A DNA stretch of 63,205 bases, filler included, from Basidiobolus ranarum (GCA_040143965.1; 19 parts of 19 records of this genome joined end to end with filler, not necessarily neighbours in it); one strand, 5' to 3'; shown: positions 1-13,690, counted from the whole stretch's first letter. Notes: generated from the letters alone by a model not told the origin. Numbers and translations are program-made.

Positions 1-1383
1 TACACCTTCTCTTCAGATGCTCCAGTTAAATTAACTTGATAAGTTCTCATTCCAATGGCATCCAATATGTGGTCATCTCCCATGAAAACCTTTCTGATTG
101 AGATTTCTTCACAATCCACAAACCTATGTTTTTCATTTATGAAATATTGAGAAGCTCCAGAATCAATATATCTCATCTGAGAATCCTTGTTGTTAGTCAT
201 AGGTAGAGCAGATATGAACAAGTGATCTTCTGATGTAACCACATTTTCAGATTCACTATGTTTTTCTTGTTTTACAGTTCTTTTAAAGCAATCTTTGCTT
301 AAAATGCCAGTTCTTTTACAGTAATCATAGAATGTGTTATTTTTCTTCTTAAAGTGCTTTCTATCTTTATAGGTAGGTTTACCATAGCCTATTAAAGCAT
401 ATTCTTCTTTCTTTTGGTTGGATCTCAATATGCATAAATCTTCATCCCAAAGTCTGCCATATACAAGATTTAAGGTTAAATTTTTGGTTCTTGATTCTAG
501 AGCCATTACTAGGCTCTGAAACTCATGTGGCAGGCTATACAGGACTGTCACTATGATATTTTGATCAGTAGTAGGTACTCCAATGCATTCCATTTCAGCC
601 ACTAAAAGAGTCACTCTATTAATAAGTGATTTAATGTCTTTTCCTGGCTTCCCCTTTATGTTAAAAAATTGTCTTCTTGGAAGCATCTTGTGGACAGCAG
701 AACTTGTTTAGTAGATGTCTTCCAAGGCTTTCCATATATTCTTGGTAGTTTAATCTCTTGAACATTGAATCCACAATTTGTGTTTAACATTAAGACAAAT
801 TGTGTTAAAGGTACTTTGTTCTTTTTTAACCTGGAGTAAAGCTTTGGTTTCAGATAGTTTTGCATTGTTTCCTTCTCCTACAACAGTGTCCCAAAGTTCT
901 TTTTCTTGCAGCAGCATTTTCATTTTCATTTTCCAAACTTGATAATTGGTTTCATTCAATTTTTCAGAAGAGGGAAAAGTTCCATAAGTTTGAGAAGTAG
1001 ATATCAAGAGAGTTCAAGCTTGGGGCTCATAGCATGTTAAAGTATTTTGGAGCCTGTTAGAAGAGGTTTGGGAATTAGAGGAATTGGTGGTTTTTTACTT
1101 ATTGACTTACTGAGTAGAATGTTGACATTTATAGTTTTGTCCAGATATAGACAAACTAACATGTAGAATGCTGTAAGGAAGGTCCCAGCAACATGTGCAC
1201 AAAGTTTGGGTATTCTAGCACAAGTTGGAAAAAATCTATATATCTGAGAACTTGTAAGTTGGTAAAAACATTCTAAGTAAGTTCCAATTGAGAGTAATGG
1301 TTAATATCTTAGTGATTTATAAAACCACTAAGTACTGAGCTATGTATGACTATACAGGTGTTTAGGTAAAGCTAATATTGACA
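1..1383 (-). mobile_element. Degenerate Ty1/copia family 1, 5' part (5' LTR, PBS, gag, protease)
   Basis: Gag start EKLNETNYQVWKMKMKMLLQEKELW (750-1007), decayed zinc-knuckle and protease sequence towards position 1, LTR at 1035-1383; many stops and frameshifts. Confidence 0.92.
1035..1383 (-). repeat. LTR of copia family 1 (about 349 bp, TG...CA)
   Basis: Related copies at about 1790-2010, 3037-3241, 11142-11489, 14440-14789, 14799-15146, 15463-15810, 18110-18442, 26160-26604 and 34440-34640. Confidence 0.9.
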
Positions 1384-1559
1384 ATTATAACTAAAGTTGG
1401 TGGAGTTGTTAAAAAATGATGAATTATTCAGCCAAATGGTGTTCACAGAAACATCTTGTCAGCTGAAGAACATAATTGGTAGGTGTTTTCTAAGGCTTAC
1501 CATACCATCTTGGCAGTTTTTGCATGCAAAAATTGAGTTAGCTAGTGGTCTTTGACATT

Positions 1560-2010
1560 AAGACATATTTTATTTGAAGGCATTTTGTTCTTATTGAAAC
1601 TAGAGTAAAACTTAGGTTTCAGATAGCTTTGGATTGCTTTCTTCTCCTAAAACAGTGTCCCCAAGTCCTTTTTCTTGAAGCACTATCTTTGTTTGATAAT
1701 TTGTTCCAACTAACATTTCAGAAGCAGGAAAGTTCCTGATATTTAGCAAGTACACATTATGGAGACAACAAACCTGGGGTTAGTATCCTGCTAAACAATT
1801 ATTGGAGGATATCAGCAGTGTCTGGAGAATTAAAGAATTTGGTGGTTGTCACTTTTGATTCATTGAGTTAAAAGTTGATATTTTTGGTTTTGTCATATTG
1901 TAAGCAAATCAATATGTAGAATCTGTTAAAGAAGATGCCAGGAACATGTGTGCAAAGTTTGGGGGTTCTAGCACAAGTTTGAAAAATCTTTATATCTGAG
2001 AACTTCTAAA
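1560..2010 (-). mobile_element. Older, more diverged copia family 1 gag start plus partial LTR
   Basis: Aligns by eye with 795-1255 at lower identity. Confidence 0.75.
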
Positions 2011-3241
2011 GCACAACATATAAATCTACATGTTGAACATCTCAGTGAGTGGCCTTAACCTCAATCGAAGCATTGATACTGCTTGCTTTTTTCCTTGCAT
2101 ATTGCTTATTTTCTTTATAAAATATTGATGGTGATGTAGTTGACATTAACACTATGAAAGCAAGAATAAGCAAAGTGGACATGGTTTTTAGTGACTTGGT
2201 GACTGCTGGCCTTTGCTCTGTTGGCCATTACTTGTGAGTAATGCATTCTCTGGCAAAATTTATATTAGGTTTCATGTCATCTACTCACCTCTCATAGAGC
2301 TTTCAACCTCTCTCTCATTTCCAGTATTAAAGATTTAATGGTTTTTGAATGCAAGATCTTCTTTTTTCATATCATGAATATTGCTGGCTATAGCTGTGTT
2401 GATAAATGCACTGCCCTGTTCCTCTCTCAGAGCCTTTTGCCTAATCTGAGCAGGTAGTTATGTTCAAGGCCAAAAGCCAGTTAGGATCAAACCTACAGTG
2501 CCATGGGACCTTAGAGAACTGCCATTCTGATACATATATCTGTTACTCTGGAGTATCTATTTTGTGGTTTGTTTTTATGTTTTTCTTGTTGGCTATATTG
2601 TTGCTTGCATTAATTGGAATCCTAGCATTCTTTTACATAAGTTTAATTGTAACATGTTGAACTGAGGTGGCAACAGCAGTGCAGGCATAGCAATTACCTG
2701 GTCCATAGCGGCACTGTGTACATGATTTATTTCCATATATTCCCAACCATGCTGTATTAGGAGTAATAAAGATATTCAAATATTTTCCTGGGACAGATAT
2801 GCAATAATTATGTTAGTCAGCATATCTTGTATTTTGACAAGTATGCATCCATATTGCAAATATATATACAGTGTATAACTTTGCTGGGATGAAACTTATC
2901 TTTTTCCTACTGCTTACTAGGCTGGTATAGAGCTAACACACTGGTGAAGGCATTAGCCTGGATAGCTATTCCTTGTGCAGTCTCTAAGTAGGCTATCATG
3001 AATCTGTGATGTGCTAGCGGAATTCGATTCTTCACATTGTTGAAGTATTTTGCGAGTATGTAGAAGTGTTTTGGATAACTAGAAGAATTGATGGTCTTAA
3101 CTTACTGATTGATTGAGTAGAAAGTTTACATTTTTGTTTTGTCATACTGTAAACAAATAGACATGTATAATGTGTTAAGGAAGGTGCTAGGAACCTGTGT
3201 GCAAAGTTTAGGGCTTCTTGGAAAAGTCTAAATATGTGAGA

Positions 3242-3341
3242 NNNNNNNNNNNNNNNNNNNNNNNNNNNNNNNNNNNNNNNNNNNNTTAATTAATTAANNN
3301 NNNNNNNNNNNNNNNNNNNNNNNNNNNNNNNNNNNNNNNNN
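3242..3341. other. Artificial 100-nt contig linker (44 N + TTAATTAATTAA + 44 N), first of 18
   Basis: Identical linkers start at 3242, 6583, 9924, 13264, 16603, 19938, 23272, 26605, 29938, 33271, 36602, 39932, 43260, 46587, 49913, 53237, 56561 and 59884. The core gives stop codons in all six frames, and the contigs between linkers are sorted by length. Confidence 0.98.
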
Positions 3342-4597
3342 ATCGAGAGTGGCATGAATTTCATGATAAATTTCTATGAAAATCATGAATAAACCTTTCG
3401 AGAAGCGGTTAAAATTTTTGACAAATATAGAGAAAATGGTATAAATATAGAGAAAATGGTATAAATATACCAAAAGTATATTAAGCAATGATTCTCCACA
3501 CGAAATTCATGAAAATGATAACTTATAGCCCAAAAGATATGCCACTCACCGTGACGTCTGCTCACCGTGACATCTGCTGTGCCCCATTGAAGGAGGTCAG
3601 GGTGATTGATTAGATTGGTGAGAATTCTAACTGGTCACTAGGCATGAGCTATACGACTGGCTAAGAGGAATGGATTTCTAGATATCATTACGTAGACTAA
3701 ATATATCAGTTGATCGAACTTTGGTCTCAAACTACTAATTGGAGTGAGTAACTACTAAACTAGGTCTAACCCCGATACCTTTCCAACATAGAAGCTCATA
3801 CGCGCTAACGATCTGTGGTGATTTCTTGGTTGTCTGCCATGTGGGTCTACTCTCTGGATCTAGCCAATGAGACGATTAAGGCAAACAATTGTAGCACACA
3901 CTTTAGCAGTCAAGGTAATACGCGTTAACACCAAGTGAATCTCCCTTAAACAGAGATTGAATAGGCGGCTGGGACGAGGACAAGGACAGACCCATTTCAA
4001 AGAAAAGCCCGCACCAAAACTTGGCCAAAATCTGCACCTCAACCCTTATTCACGTCCACATCTGCATTCCTAGATCCTTCGATATCTCCACCATAGGCTA
4101 TTAATATGATTCGAAGTATCTAATGGAAAGGAGGCATCTAGACTGATGAATAAATATAGTAGAGATAGGTTGCTCATTTGCGGTGACCAAGGAAATCTCC
4201 CTACTTACACGAACTTCTTGAATAGTAAAATCTACTCATCTGCTTCGAAGTCCTAAAAAAGAAATTGATCATTCCTAATTGGTTTTGCTTGGAAATAGAA
4301 AAAAACGTAAAAAGTTAATGTCGCGATTTTCAGAGGAAATTGAGGACAAAATGGAATTTGCCCATGCTTAACAATTACTCGCCAATTGGGTTAAGTCTAT
4401 CAGATGGTTCGCGAAACAGAATTTCTTTTCATGAATGATTCGAGTGAATACGTATTGATTTAGTAAGTCAATAAAAAATGTTTAAATAATTTTAATCACA
4501 CGTTCAGTATAAATATTAAGAAGCCAGCCGTAATTTTGTTAAAATATTCTCAACCTAATAGTTCAGTAGCTAATCCCTAGGTTAAGGCTTTGGCATT

Positions 4598-6582
4598 ATG
4601 ATAGAAAAATCCGTCAAGGCCGATAAGGTTCAGATCGAAGAGAATGAAGAGATCCTTAATAATAACCAAGAACAGAGTAGCAACTTGCCAGTAACTAGAA
4701 CCCTCACTGTCGAGTATCGTACACTCTCGGTCCGTCTCAGTGAAGCTCACACTCGGGAGACTAAGAAGGATAAGAATTTGGAAGAGGAACTTGCTATCGA
4801 TTATCACAAACTCAATTTACATGAGCTCAGTCTGCGTTTCAACACCTCGCTTGAAAATGGTTTAGATGTCGCCAATGCTGAGACCCGCTTAGCATCTCAT
4901 GGTAAAAATCAGATCTCTCCACCACCATCAAAGCTCCTTGCCAAGATCTTCGATTATTGTTTCGGTGGCTTCTGCGGTATTCTTTGGTTTGCTTCCTGCA
5001 TTTGCTTCATCTCTTGGAAGCCACTTGGTGACCCACCACAAGCTACAAATCTGGGTCTCGCCATCTTACTTTTACTGGTCATTTTTGTTCAAGCTGGATT
5101 CAACGCTTATCAGGATTGGAGTTCATCCAAGGTGATGAATTCTATCAATGGTATGTTGCCAGCAAATGCCTTGGTCAATCGTGGTGGTCAAAAGGTCAGA
5201 ATCCCGGTGAGTGACTTGGTTGTAGGAGACGTAGTGTACTTGTCATATGGTAACAAAGTACCAGCTGATGCACGTGTGATCAGTTGCTCAGATCTCAAAT
5301 TCGATAAATCTGTACTTACTGGTGAAAGTGACCCAATTGCTGCTACCATTGATATGACTGACGAGAATTACCTTGAGTCCAAGAATGTTGCACTTATGGG
5401 AACTTTGACCACCAATGGTGAAGGTGTTGGTGTCGTTGTTTCTACTGGTGACAGAACAGTCATGGGAAAGATCGCCAAGCTATCTAGTAATGCCGGTACC
5501 TCTAAGACTTTGTTGCAAATTGAAATCAGTCGATTTGTCAAGCTCATTGCCGCTATGTCTTTCACTACTGCTACTTTCGTGATGATTCTCTGGGCCGCTT
5601 GGTTACGTCGTTCATACCCCGGTTTTTTGAATCTTTCCAATGCCTTGGTAAATGCCATTGCAGTTCTTGTTGCTTTCGTTCCCGAAGGTCTTCCAGTGGC
5701 TGTCACTTTAACCCTTACTCTGATCGCTCGTCGTATGCAACAACAGAAGGTACTCGTCAAGAACTTGACTACAGTCGAAACTTTGGGATCAGTGAATGTC
5801 ATCGCTTCCGATAAGACCGGAACATTGACTCAGAATCGTATGTTTGTTAGTAGCGGTTTCGTAGGCCAACCTTTCAACATGAGCGAATGCAGAGATCACT
5901 ACACTGCCAAGATTGCCGGAGTATCCGAGTTGCTAGCAGTGTCAGGACTTTGTAATGGAGCTTCATTCGATAGTGAATCCATGAATCTTCCAGTGTCAGA
6001 GCGTAAGACTAATGGCGATGCCACTGACTCTGCTATCCTCCGATTTGCTGAAGACTACCGAATGATCAGTGAGCACAATTCCAAATTTGATAAACTCTTT
6101 GAGATTCCTTTCAACTCCAAGAACAAGTGGATGTTAACTGTCGCCAAGGGAAAGAGTACTGATAACGGATTCAGAACTGACAAGTCTGTGCTTATGCTCA
6201 AGGGTGCTCCTGACTTTATCCTAGGCAGATGTACACATATTCTCAACTTTGATGGTACTGAAAGTCCTTTTGACGAGGAAGCCAAAAACAGAGTTCTTCG
6301 TCAGCAAGAAGACTGGAGTTCAAATGGTCAACGTGTTCTTCTCTTGACTCGTAGATATTTAGAAGATGGTGAATTGGTAGATGGTATGAGCTCGGAAGAA
6401 GTGATCCCACTTGCAGAGAACATGTGCATTGTAGGACTTGTCGGTATCATTGATCCACCAAGACCTGAGATTTTCGATGTAGTACAAACCTGCCGTGGTG
6501 CTGGTATTCGTCTATTCATGGTCACCGGTGATTTCTCCCTCACTGCTGCTGCCATTGCCAGACAGGTTGGTATCTTCACCGC
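4598..6582 (+). CDS. P-type cation ATPase, Na,K/H,K-ATPase alpha-like (type IIC / fungal ACU-like), 3' truncated
   Basis: Intronless ORF with LTGES, VPEGLP, phosphorylation motif DKTGTLTQNRM, GDATDSA, EIPFNSKNKW, KGAP, DPPR and MVTGD; TATAAATA near 4508; runs into the linker. Confidence 0.93.
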
Positions 6583-6682
6583 NNNNNNNNNNNNNNNNNN
6601 NNNNNNNNNNNNNNNNNNNNNNNNNNTTAATTAATTAANNNNNNNNNNNNNNNNNNNNNNNNNNNNNNNNNNNNNNNNNNNN

Positions 6683-6865
6683 TTATTACCCCCACTTATC
6701 TATTATATATTATTACACAAACTTGTGAATATCTCAAACAATTGATTTACTTTTCTACTATATAAGTCACCATATACTCTTAAGAATAAAGTACCTAAAA
6801 ATACACTATCATAAGTTGCTTCTAATACTCAAAGTCTATCCCCATTATGTCAAGATCCTCCAACA
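6683..6865. repeat. Partial LTR, family 2 (ends CTCCAACA), abutting copia pol
   Basis: Close match to 33870-34040 and, in reverse complement, to about 14260-14435. Confidence 0.75.
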
Positions 6866-8520
6866 AGAACTTCTGATTTGAGCCATTTTTGGTCAAGTGA
6901 TGATTTGTCTCCATTGAAACAGATGATGGATTGCATTCTATCATTTTAAGCTTCTTGAGTATATCTAGGAAATATGTAGACTGGCTGAAAGTTATTTTTT
7001 TTTGATTGCTCCAACTATTTTACTTTGGAATCCAAGAAAGTATATTGGTTCACTGAGATCATTCATCTTGAATTCAACAGATAAGCTAGATTTGGTTTTC
7101 TCCAAAGTTCTCAAGTAGTTGATTTCTATAATGAAGTCATATATATATAAGGCTAATAAAGCTAAGCTTGTTCTATCTAGCTTGAAGTAGATACTATAGT
7201 CTGCATTAATCCCTTGGAATTAAAGTGTTTCCAAAAGAGTATCTATCTTGCTATTCCAAGCTCTTTGAGATTCTTTTAAGCCATAGAGTTTTTCCAAAGT
7301 CTGCAAATGCTTTTAGGGTCTGTTGGGTCCACAAATCTATCTGGCTAGTATATATAGATCTCTTCAGCAAGTTCACCATTCAACATAGTTGTTTGAACTT
7401 CTATTTGATGCATAATAAACCAAAATTCAGCTGAGTTAGTCAAAATCATTTTAATTGAAAAAAACTTTGTTGCAGAAGCAAAATTTTCTATATAGTCTAT
7501 TCCTGGTGCTTGGGAATAGCCTTTGACTAATATTCAAGTGTTATATCTTTCTACAATGCTATCAGAGTTGTGTTTGAATATAAGCACCCATTGGCAGCCA
7601 ATTGATTTTCCATCATTAGGAAAGTTAGTTAAATTACAAGCTTCATTACTAATCAAAATCTGATCCTCATCAGCTATTCCTGAAACTCCATATGATTCAG
7701 GTTAATAGGGGGCAGCAGTTTCTTGCCTATTTATGTATACTTTGTAAAAGTGATTAAATAGTATGGAAATGTATTATACATCATCATGAATATATATATT
7801 CTTAACTTTAGTTCCAGTTACAGTCTCCACCAGAGTTCTAAAGTGTATAAAGACAGAGAGAACTGCTTCTTTTATTTCCATATAGCAAACCTAATTGTAT
7901 CTTGAATAATCATCAAAAAATGTGTTTAGATGTCATTTTCCACCCCAAGATAACTTTTGCACATGTCCATACAGATCTGAATGAGTTAGATCCAATTTTT
8001 CAACAGATTTGATTGAGCTAGATAGCTAAAGTGATTGCCTGGCTCCTTTTCTATATATACAACCCTCACCAATCTCTATTTGGTTGGGGGATTAATTTGA
8101 AATCCAGTATTTGGGCAATTTTTGCTAATTGTACTCCAATAGCCATTATGGCCAAATTTTTTGCAATAATTGAATAGTTTCTTTGTGGGAATAACTCATA
8201 TATACACATCATCTACTTGACTTATATGAAGATTCTACAAGCTCCTATCCTTTTCTCCCAAAGCTGAATTTCTCCCATTTTCATCAATGAAGAATCCTGA
8301 CTTATCAAAGTTGAATTTAAGTCCTTTTGAGGTGACCTTGCATACTAATATTAAATCTTAGCAATATCTGGAGCATGAAGTTCATCCTTAAGAGTATACA
8401 CTTCCTCTTCCAAAGCACTAGTTAAATTGACTTGGATGGTTCTGAATCAAATAGCATCCAATATACAGTCATATCACACCAAACCCTCAAACTTGAAATT
8501 TCTTTTTAATCCACAAACCA
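6866..8520 (-). mobile_element. Degenerate copia pol (protease, integrase, reverse transcriptase remnants)
   Basis: Collinear with the copia RT at 12200-12770, the integrase at 20590-20860 and the protease region at 16400-16602; heavily interrupted. Confidence 0.88.
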
Positions 8521-9700
8521 ATGGATTATACGTAGGTGTTTAGACAATGCTAATTACAGCAGTTTAGTAATGATGGTATATCTATTGAAGTATTTTGGAA
8601 GTTTGAAATATATAAAAATGCCAGTGGCATTGAATTTGCAAAATTGTTAAAATATACATTTTAAATTCTCTTATCCTTGTCAATATTACAGGTTAATAAT
8701 TGTTCTAACAAATATCAAGTTTCACAGAGTAACCCCATCATTCAATAGGGATGACCTATGTTGGAGTTGTTGCAATGCTACTCAGGAAATATTTGTCCTG
8801 CCAGGCCATTAGCAATCCTCTTGGATCTATGCTATTATGAGTTCAGATATCTCTGTCAATGCTTGTAAAAATACTATCTTCACTTCATCATATATGATGG
8901 TATAGATAATTGGACATCATATATCTTAAGCAAGCTGGCTGAGAATTATATCCCACATAGGTACAAGGTGCATTTATGCAAAAAAGTATAGAAATATATC
9001 CTATGCCTTTGTGAAAGTGTTTCTGCTACAATGGAGGTTGTTTTGTAAGCGTAGTGATGGGTACTGGAACCTTGAAACAGCAAGAAATTATACTGTGATG
9101 AACCTCTCGCAGTCCATATAAAAGGGGAAATAAAGAGGAGAGTGACAAAATGGTCGTCATGAGAGTCATAACATAATTATGCCACTGATGGTGCCCCCAT
9201 AAGGTTCAAGCAGCATCATGGATGAAAGAGATGCTAAGATAAATAAGAATGAACGAAGATTGGAAAAAAACCATACAATAATTATGAAAAGTATGAAGCA
9301 GAGCTCTAAGCTATTTAACCGCTAGTACTAGGTATATAAAGTGATGAGCACAAAATGCATAGCAACATATAGAGTGATGGAGTAACTTTCATAATTTCAA
9401 AGACTACTTTTGGTTCTTTCATTAGGCTATGTGACAACTATCAAGTTATATCATGAAGTGAATACAGAGATATTGTCGTTTGAAAAGCACATGAAAAAAG
9501 ACAATTCAGCAATGAGCACCAGCGTATATGTAAGCATATTGAGCACCTACTGATTTTTCTTAGCTTACCTTACTCACTAATTTAATACAGACTCAACATA
9601 AATCTAAGATTCAAGTCAAAACTAACCATAATTTACCAAGTAGCGCTATCGCCATGTATTATTATCTAGCATACAATATCATGACCACCATTTACAAACA

Positions 9701-9923
9701 CTACAACGGAATTGGTAAGAGATTCACATCATTCAAAAATCCGATTTGCTTCCAATATGTGAGATAGCGCGAGATGAGTGACTCGTCGATGATCGGACAA
9801 TCACTAGCCAGAGTAGGTGATCTTTCGCAGGTTATCTTGGTTTCCAACCTGATGTCAACGGAGTCCGAAGGTGAACTGGCCATTTTCTCTAAATATGGTA
9901 GCAGTGTGAAAATTGGATCTGCA
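9701..9923 (-). CDS. C-terminal end of a thioester reductase (R) domain of an NRPS/NRPS-like/Lys2-type enzyme, 5' truncated
   Basis: Frame is open from the contig edge: ADPIFTLLPYLEK...DCPIIDESLISRYLTYWKQIGFL, resembling the CP.id..l...yl.yw...GFL tail of terminal reductase domains; CpG retained. Confidence 0.6.
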
Positions 9924-10023
9924 NNNNNNNNNNNNNNNNNNNNNNNNNNNNNNNNNNNNNNNNNNNNTTAATTAATTAANNNNNNNNNNNNNNNNNNNNN
10001 NNNNNNNNNNNNNNNNNNNNNNN

Positions 10024-10336
10024 AATACAAAGCCTAAAATATCTAAATAAAGGCATGCGTATTAAGTCAAATTCCTACAGCAGTAAACCCAGTAATTTGC
10101 CATTTGAAAGTTGTATTTTTTCAAAAATTGCTGGATATTCAATAATGCATGCAAAATTTGAGGATCATTGTTTTGACATGTACAAATACCATCAAAATAC
10201 TGTCAAGATACTGCCGTCACACCATCAAAATCCCTGGTAGAATGCAAGCTACCAATATTGTGACGGTTCTCTGATGGTTTTGCTCTTTTGGAGGGTGGAT
10301 CTGATCTGGATCAAATCAATTTTATTTTTGTTAGGG
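10024..10336 (+). mobile_element. CACTA/EnSpm-type transposon, transposase-side terminus (ends TGTTAGGG)
   Basis: Reverse complement of 58862-59175; similarity stops at the CCCTAACA terminus. Confidence 0.75.
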
Positions 10337-10345
10337 GGAACATAC

Positions 10346-10656
10346 TGTGGCAAGTTCAAGTGTTGGGTGTTGGTGACTACAAGGACCAATACCAAGAGGG
10401 ATGATGTAAGAATGATGTAAGGGTGATCAGGTGACCTTCCATGGAAGGTCTTGGTGTAAACACACTATGTGTAGGATGACGTGATTGGTTAGGTTTCATG
10501 GAATATTCCAAAGAACATGACTTTCATATAATGCAACCTGGATGAACTAACATAAGATTGTCAAGAAGGGATGGCACAGCAGATATGATGTTGTAATCTA
10601 ACAATAGAAAAGTTCTATTTGTAGTGGATCAGTATGCCAAGATCAGAATCATGACA
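10346..10656 (-). repeat. LTR, family 5 (TGTCATGA...GCCACA), probably gypsy
   Basis: TG...CA ends; second copy at 12822-13105 and a fragment at 56943-57010. Confidence 0.8.
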
Positions 10657-10689
10657 CCAGCTGCACAAAGCCTGGTGAATATCCTCAAA

Positions 10690-11135
10690 TGCAAATTTGA
10701 GGATTGTTGTTGTGAGAAAAACATCTCAATTTTAATCCATTTCATATTGACCATTGACTTACCATCATAAAATTATCAAGTCAGATTTGATTTTAATCAA
10801 TTTTTTCAGTTTCAGGAGTGAAATTTCAAGATCTTGCAAAATAGTTGCACATGACTGGCTATAATCTCCAAAAACACAGATCAATACATGTACAAAAACA
10901 TAACTCAAATATACTCATTTACCACTTGAATGCTAATTTGTCATCTTTGAAATCCATAATTTCTTTGCTATATTCTCCTGAATATCTTATAGAGTGCTTT
11001 ATACTCAAGGTTTAGCTCATATCTAGCACAAGTTTGTATCAATGTCTCCATCAATGCCCACCACTATATAAATGTTGCTGAATCAACATTCTTCCAGCAA
11101 TCTGGTGAATACCCTGCATTATTGTGCCACTAAGT
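10690..11135 (-). mobile_element. CACTA-type element, ORF2-side fragment
   Basis: Collinear with 20870-21320 and 37610-38060. Confidence 0.75.
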
Positions 11136-11141
11136 ATTAAG

Positions 11142-12770
11142 TGTCAAAGTGTTTTGGAGCCTGTTGGAAGTGGTTTGGAGAACTAGAAAAATTGGTGGTT
11201 TCCACTTGTTGAATTATTGAGTTAAGAGTTGACATATATAGTTTTTTCAAGATGTAAGCAAGCCAACATATCAAATGTGTTAAGGAAGGTACTGGAAACA
11301 TGTGTGTAAAGTGTAGGGCTTCTTGCACAAGATTGAAAAATCTATATACTTGAGAACTTCCAAGTTGGTGTCATTATTCTAAGCAACTTCCAATTGAGAA
11401 TAATGGATAATATCTTGATGAAGTAAAAGATAACTAAGTACTAAGCTATATATGACTATATATGTGTTTAGACAATGCTAATTTCATTACTCTCACTGAA
11501 CTAAGTAGTCATATAAGCTAATCCTAAGGAAGGTCTGAATTTTTCACATTTTTGTGTAACTAATGGTTTTGTTAATATATCAGCAATCGTGTCTTCTGTA
11601 GAACAGTAAGTTTAGTCAATAAACCTACTCTCTATTGACTCTCTAGTGAAGTGATGCTTAATATTTATATGTTTGCTTCAATCATGAAATGTGGTATTTT
11701 TAGTTAATCTGATTCCACTTTGATTATCTTGAAATACTCTAGTTGGTGAATTTTGACAATAATATAACTCTATTATGAGTATTCTTAACCATATTGCTTC
11801 TTTTGTTGCTTCACAGGCAGCAATGTATTCTGCTTCTCTTACTGAAAGTGCTTTGGTAGGTTGTTTCTTTGAATTCAAAGAAAAAGCTTTGTTACGGCAT
11901 CAAAAAAGTATCCTGTTGTAGATCTCCATCTTCAATATCTCTTCTCCAATAGGCATCAGTATATGCCATCAGATCAAAGTTTGATCCAGAATATGTGCAT
12001 TTTAAGTACAGATCCATAGTACCTTTCAAATATGCAAAAATCCACTGAACTGCTATGATTTGATCAGATCCATAAGTAAGAAGATATTAGCACATAACTC
12101 CCACAAAATATGAGATATCTGGCCATGTTCCAAGTATGATATACATCAAGCTACCAACCATAGATTGATAAGGAGATTTCTGACTTTTATTTAATCTAAG
12201 AATGTCTAATTTGAGCCATTTTTTGTCAAGTTAACATTTGACTCCATTAGTGTAGACACTAGATTACATTCTTCCATTCTAAACTAGTGTAGTATATCAA
12301 GGATATACTTAGACTGGATTAAAGTTATTGTTTTGGTAGCTCAATATATCTGAATCTGGACTCTCAGATAGTATGTCAATTCACCAAGATCAGTCATTTG
12401 AATTTGGCATATGAGCAAGATTAGGTTTTCACCAAAGTGTTCAAGTCATTGGCTGCTATGATAAGGTCATCTACATATAAGGCTAACATAACTGGGTTTG
12501 TCCTATCTGGCCTGAAGTATATACTATAGTTGGCATCATTCTTTTGAAATTTGAGTGATTCCAGAAAAGTGCTTATGTTGCTATTCCAAGCTGTTGGAGA
12601 TTGTTTTAAGCCATAGAGTGTGTCTGGAGTCAGCAAGCTTTTTTAGGGTTTTCTGGGTCCCAAAATCTATTTGGCTGGTCCATATAGATCTCCTCAGCAA
12701 GGTCACCATTCAAAAAAGCAGTTTTAACATCCATTTGATGTATAATAAACTGATATTTGCCAGAAATAGC
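11142..12770 (-). mobile_element. Copia family 1, 3' part (RT, RNase H, 3' LTR)
   Basis: [32 protein letters not shown]...EAEYIAA; LTR at 11142-11489. Confidence 0.95.
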
Positions 12771-12821
12771 TATATATAGATATTGCAGGATGAAACATAA
12801 TATACTGAATAAGGAATTTAC

Positions 12822-13117
12822 CATGGCAAGTTCAAGTGTTGTGGTGTTGGGGACTAGAAGAACCAATAAAAAGAGGGATGATGTAAGGATGGTGAGGTGA
12901 CCTTTTAATTATACTATTTGTGGGCTGACACAATTGGCTAGGTAACATGGAATGTTGCAAAGAACATAACTCCCATATAAGGTAACCTGGATGAAACAGC
13001 ACTAGATTCCCAAGGAAGGATGGCGTAGTAGATGTGATACCACAATCTAATAATAGAAGAGTTCCATTTGCAGTGGATGAGTATGCCAAGATCAGAATCA
13101 TGACAGTATCCCCTCCT
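12822..13117 (-). mobile_element. 3' LTR (family 5) with polypurine tract
   Basis: On the minus strand GGAGGGGGATAC (13106-13117) directly precedes TGTCATGA of the LTR. Confidence 0.8.
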
Positions 13118-13363
13118 TTAGTGATGGCTTCCAGACATCATAGGGCCAGGTTTTCCTATTGGGAAAATATGGGCTGTTTGGAGGAACTTTAGAAAAGTGG
13201 AGTTGTGAATAGCTTTGTGAGATAATTATTTATTGACCAGAAATTAAGCATTTATACATTTTGNNNNNNNNNNNNNNNNNNNNNNNNNNNNNNNNNNNNN
13301 NNNNNNNTTAATTAATTAANNNNNNNNNNNNNNNNNNNNNNNNNNNNNNNNNNNNNNNNNNNN

Positions 13364-13690
13364 GTCATCGCTGCTTTCTTCACCAACAACTGGCATCTCG
13401 TTCATCTTGACAGCCTCGATTCTACAGAAACCCCATTCTTGATCTTCGGTACAGAGACCGTTAGTTTCTCCGAACTCAACAGATAAGTCAAGTTCTTTGA
13501 GGTACTTGTTACGGGAGCCTTGGATGTTATCACTTTCTTTATATTGACAACGAGCTAGTGAGAGCATGGCCTCACGGGCTTGCTTTTTGGTGGTATAAAC
13601 ATGAGTTTCTACTTCGAGTTCACTTAGGGTGTCCTTGTATTCGTGAAAGACCGATGTGAGGGTGTATACAATAGAACCGTTAGCAGCCAT
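13364..13690 (-). CDS. Hypothetical acidic protein, 3' truncated
   Basis: ATG-initiated ORF of about 109 codons with normal CpG content and an AT-rich upstream region; no family recognised. Confidence 0.6.
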
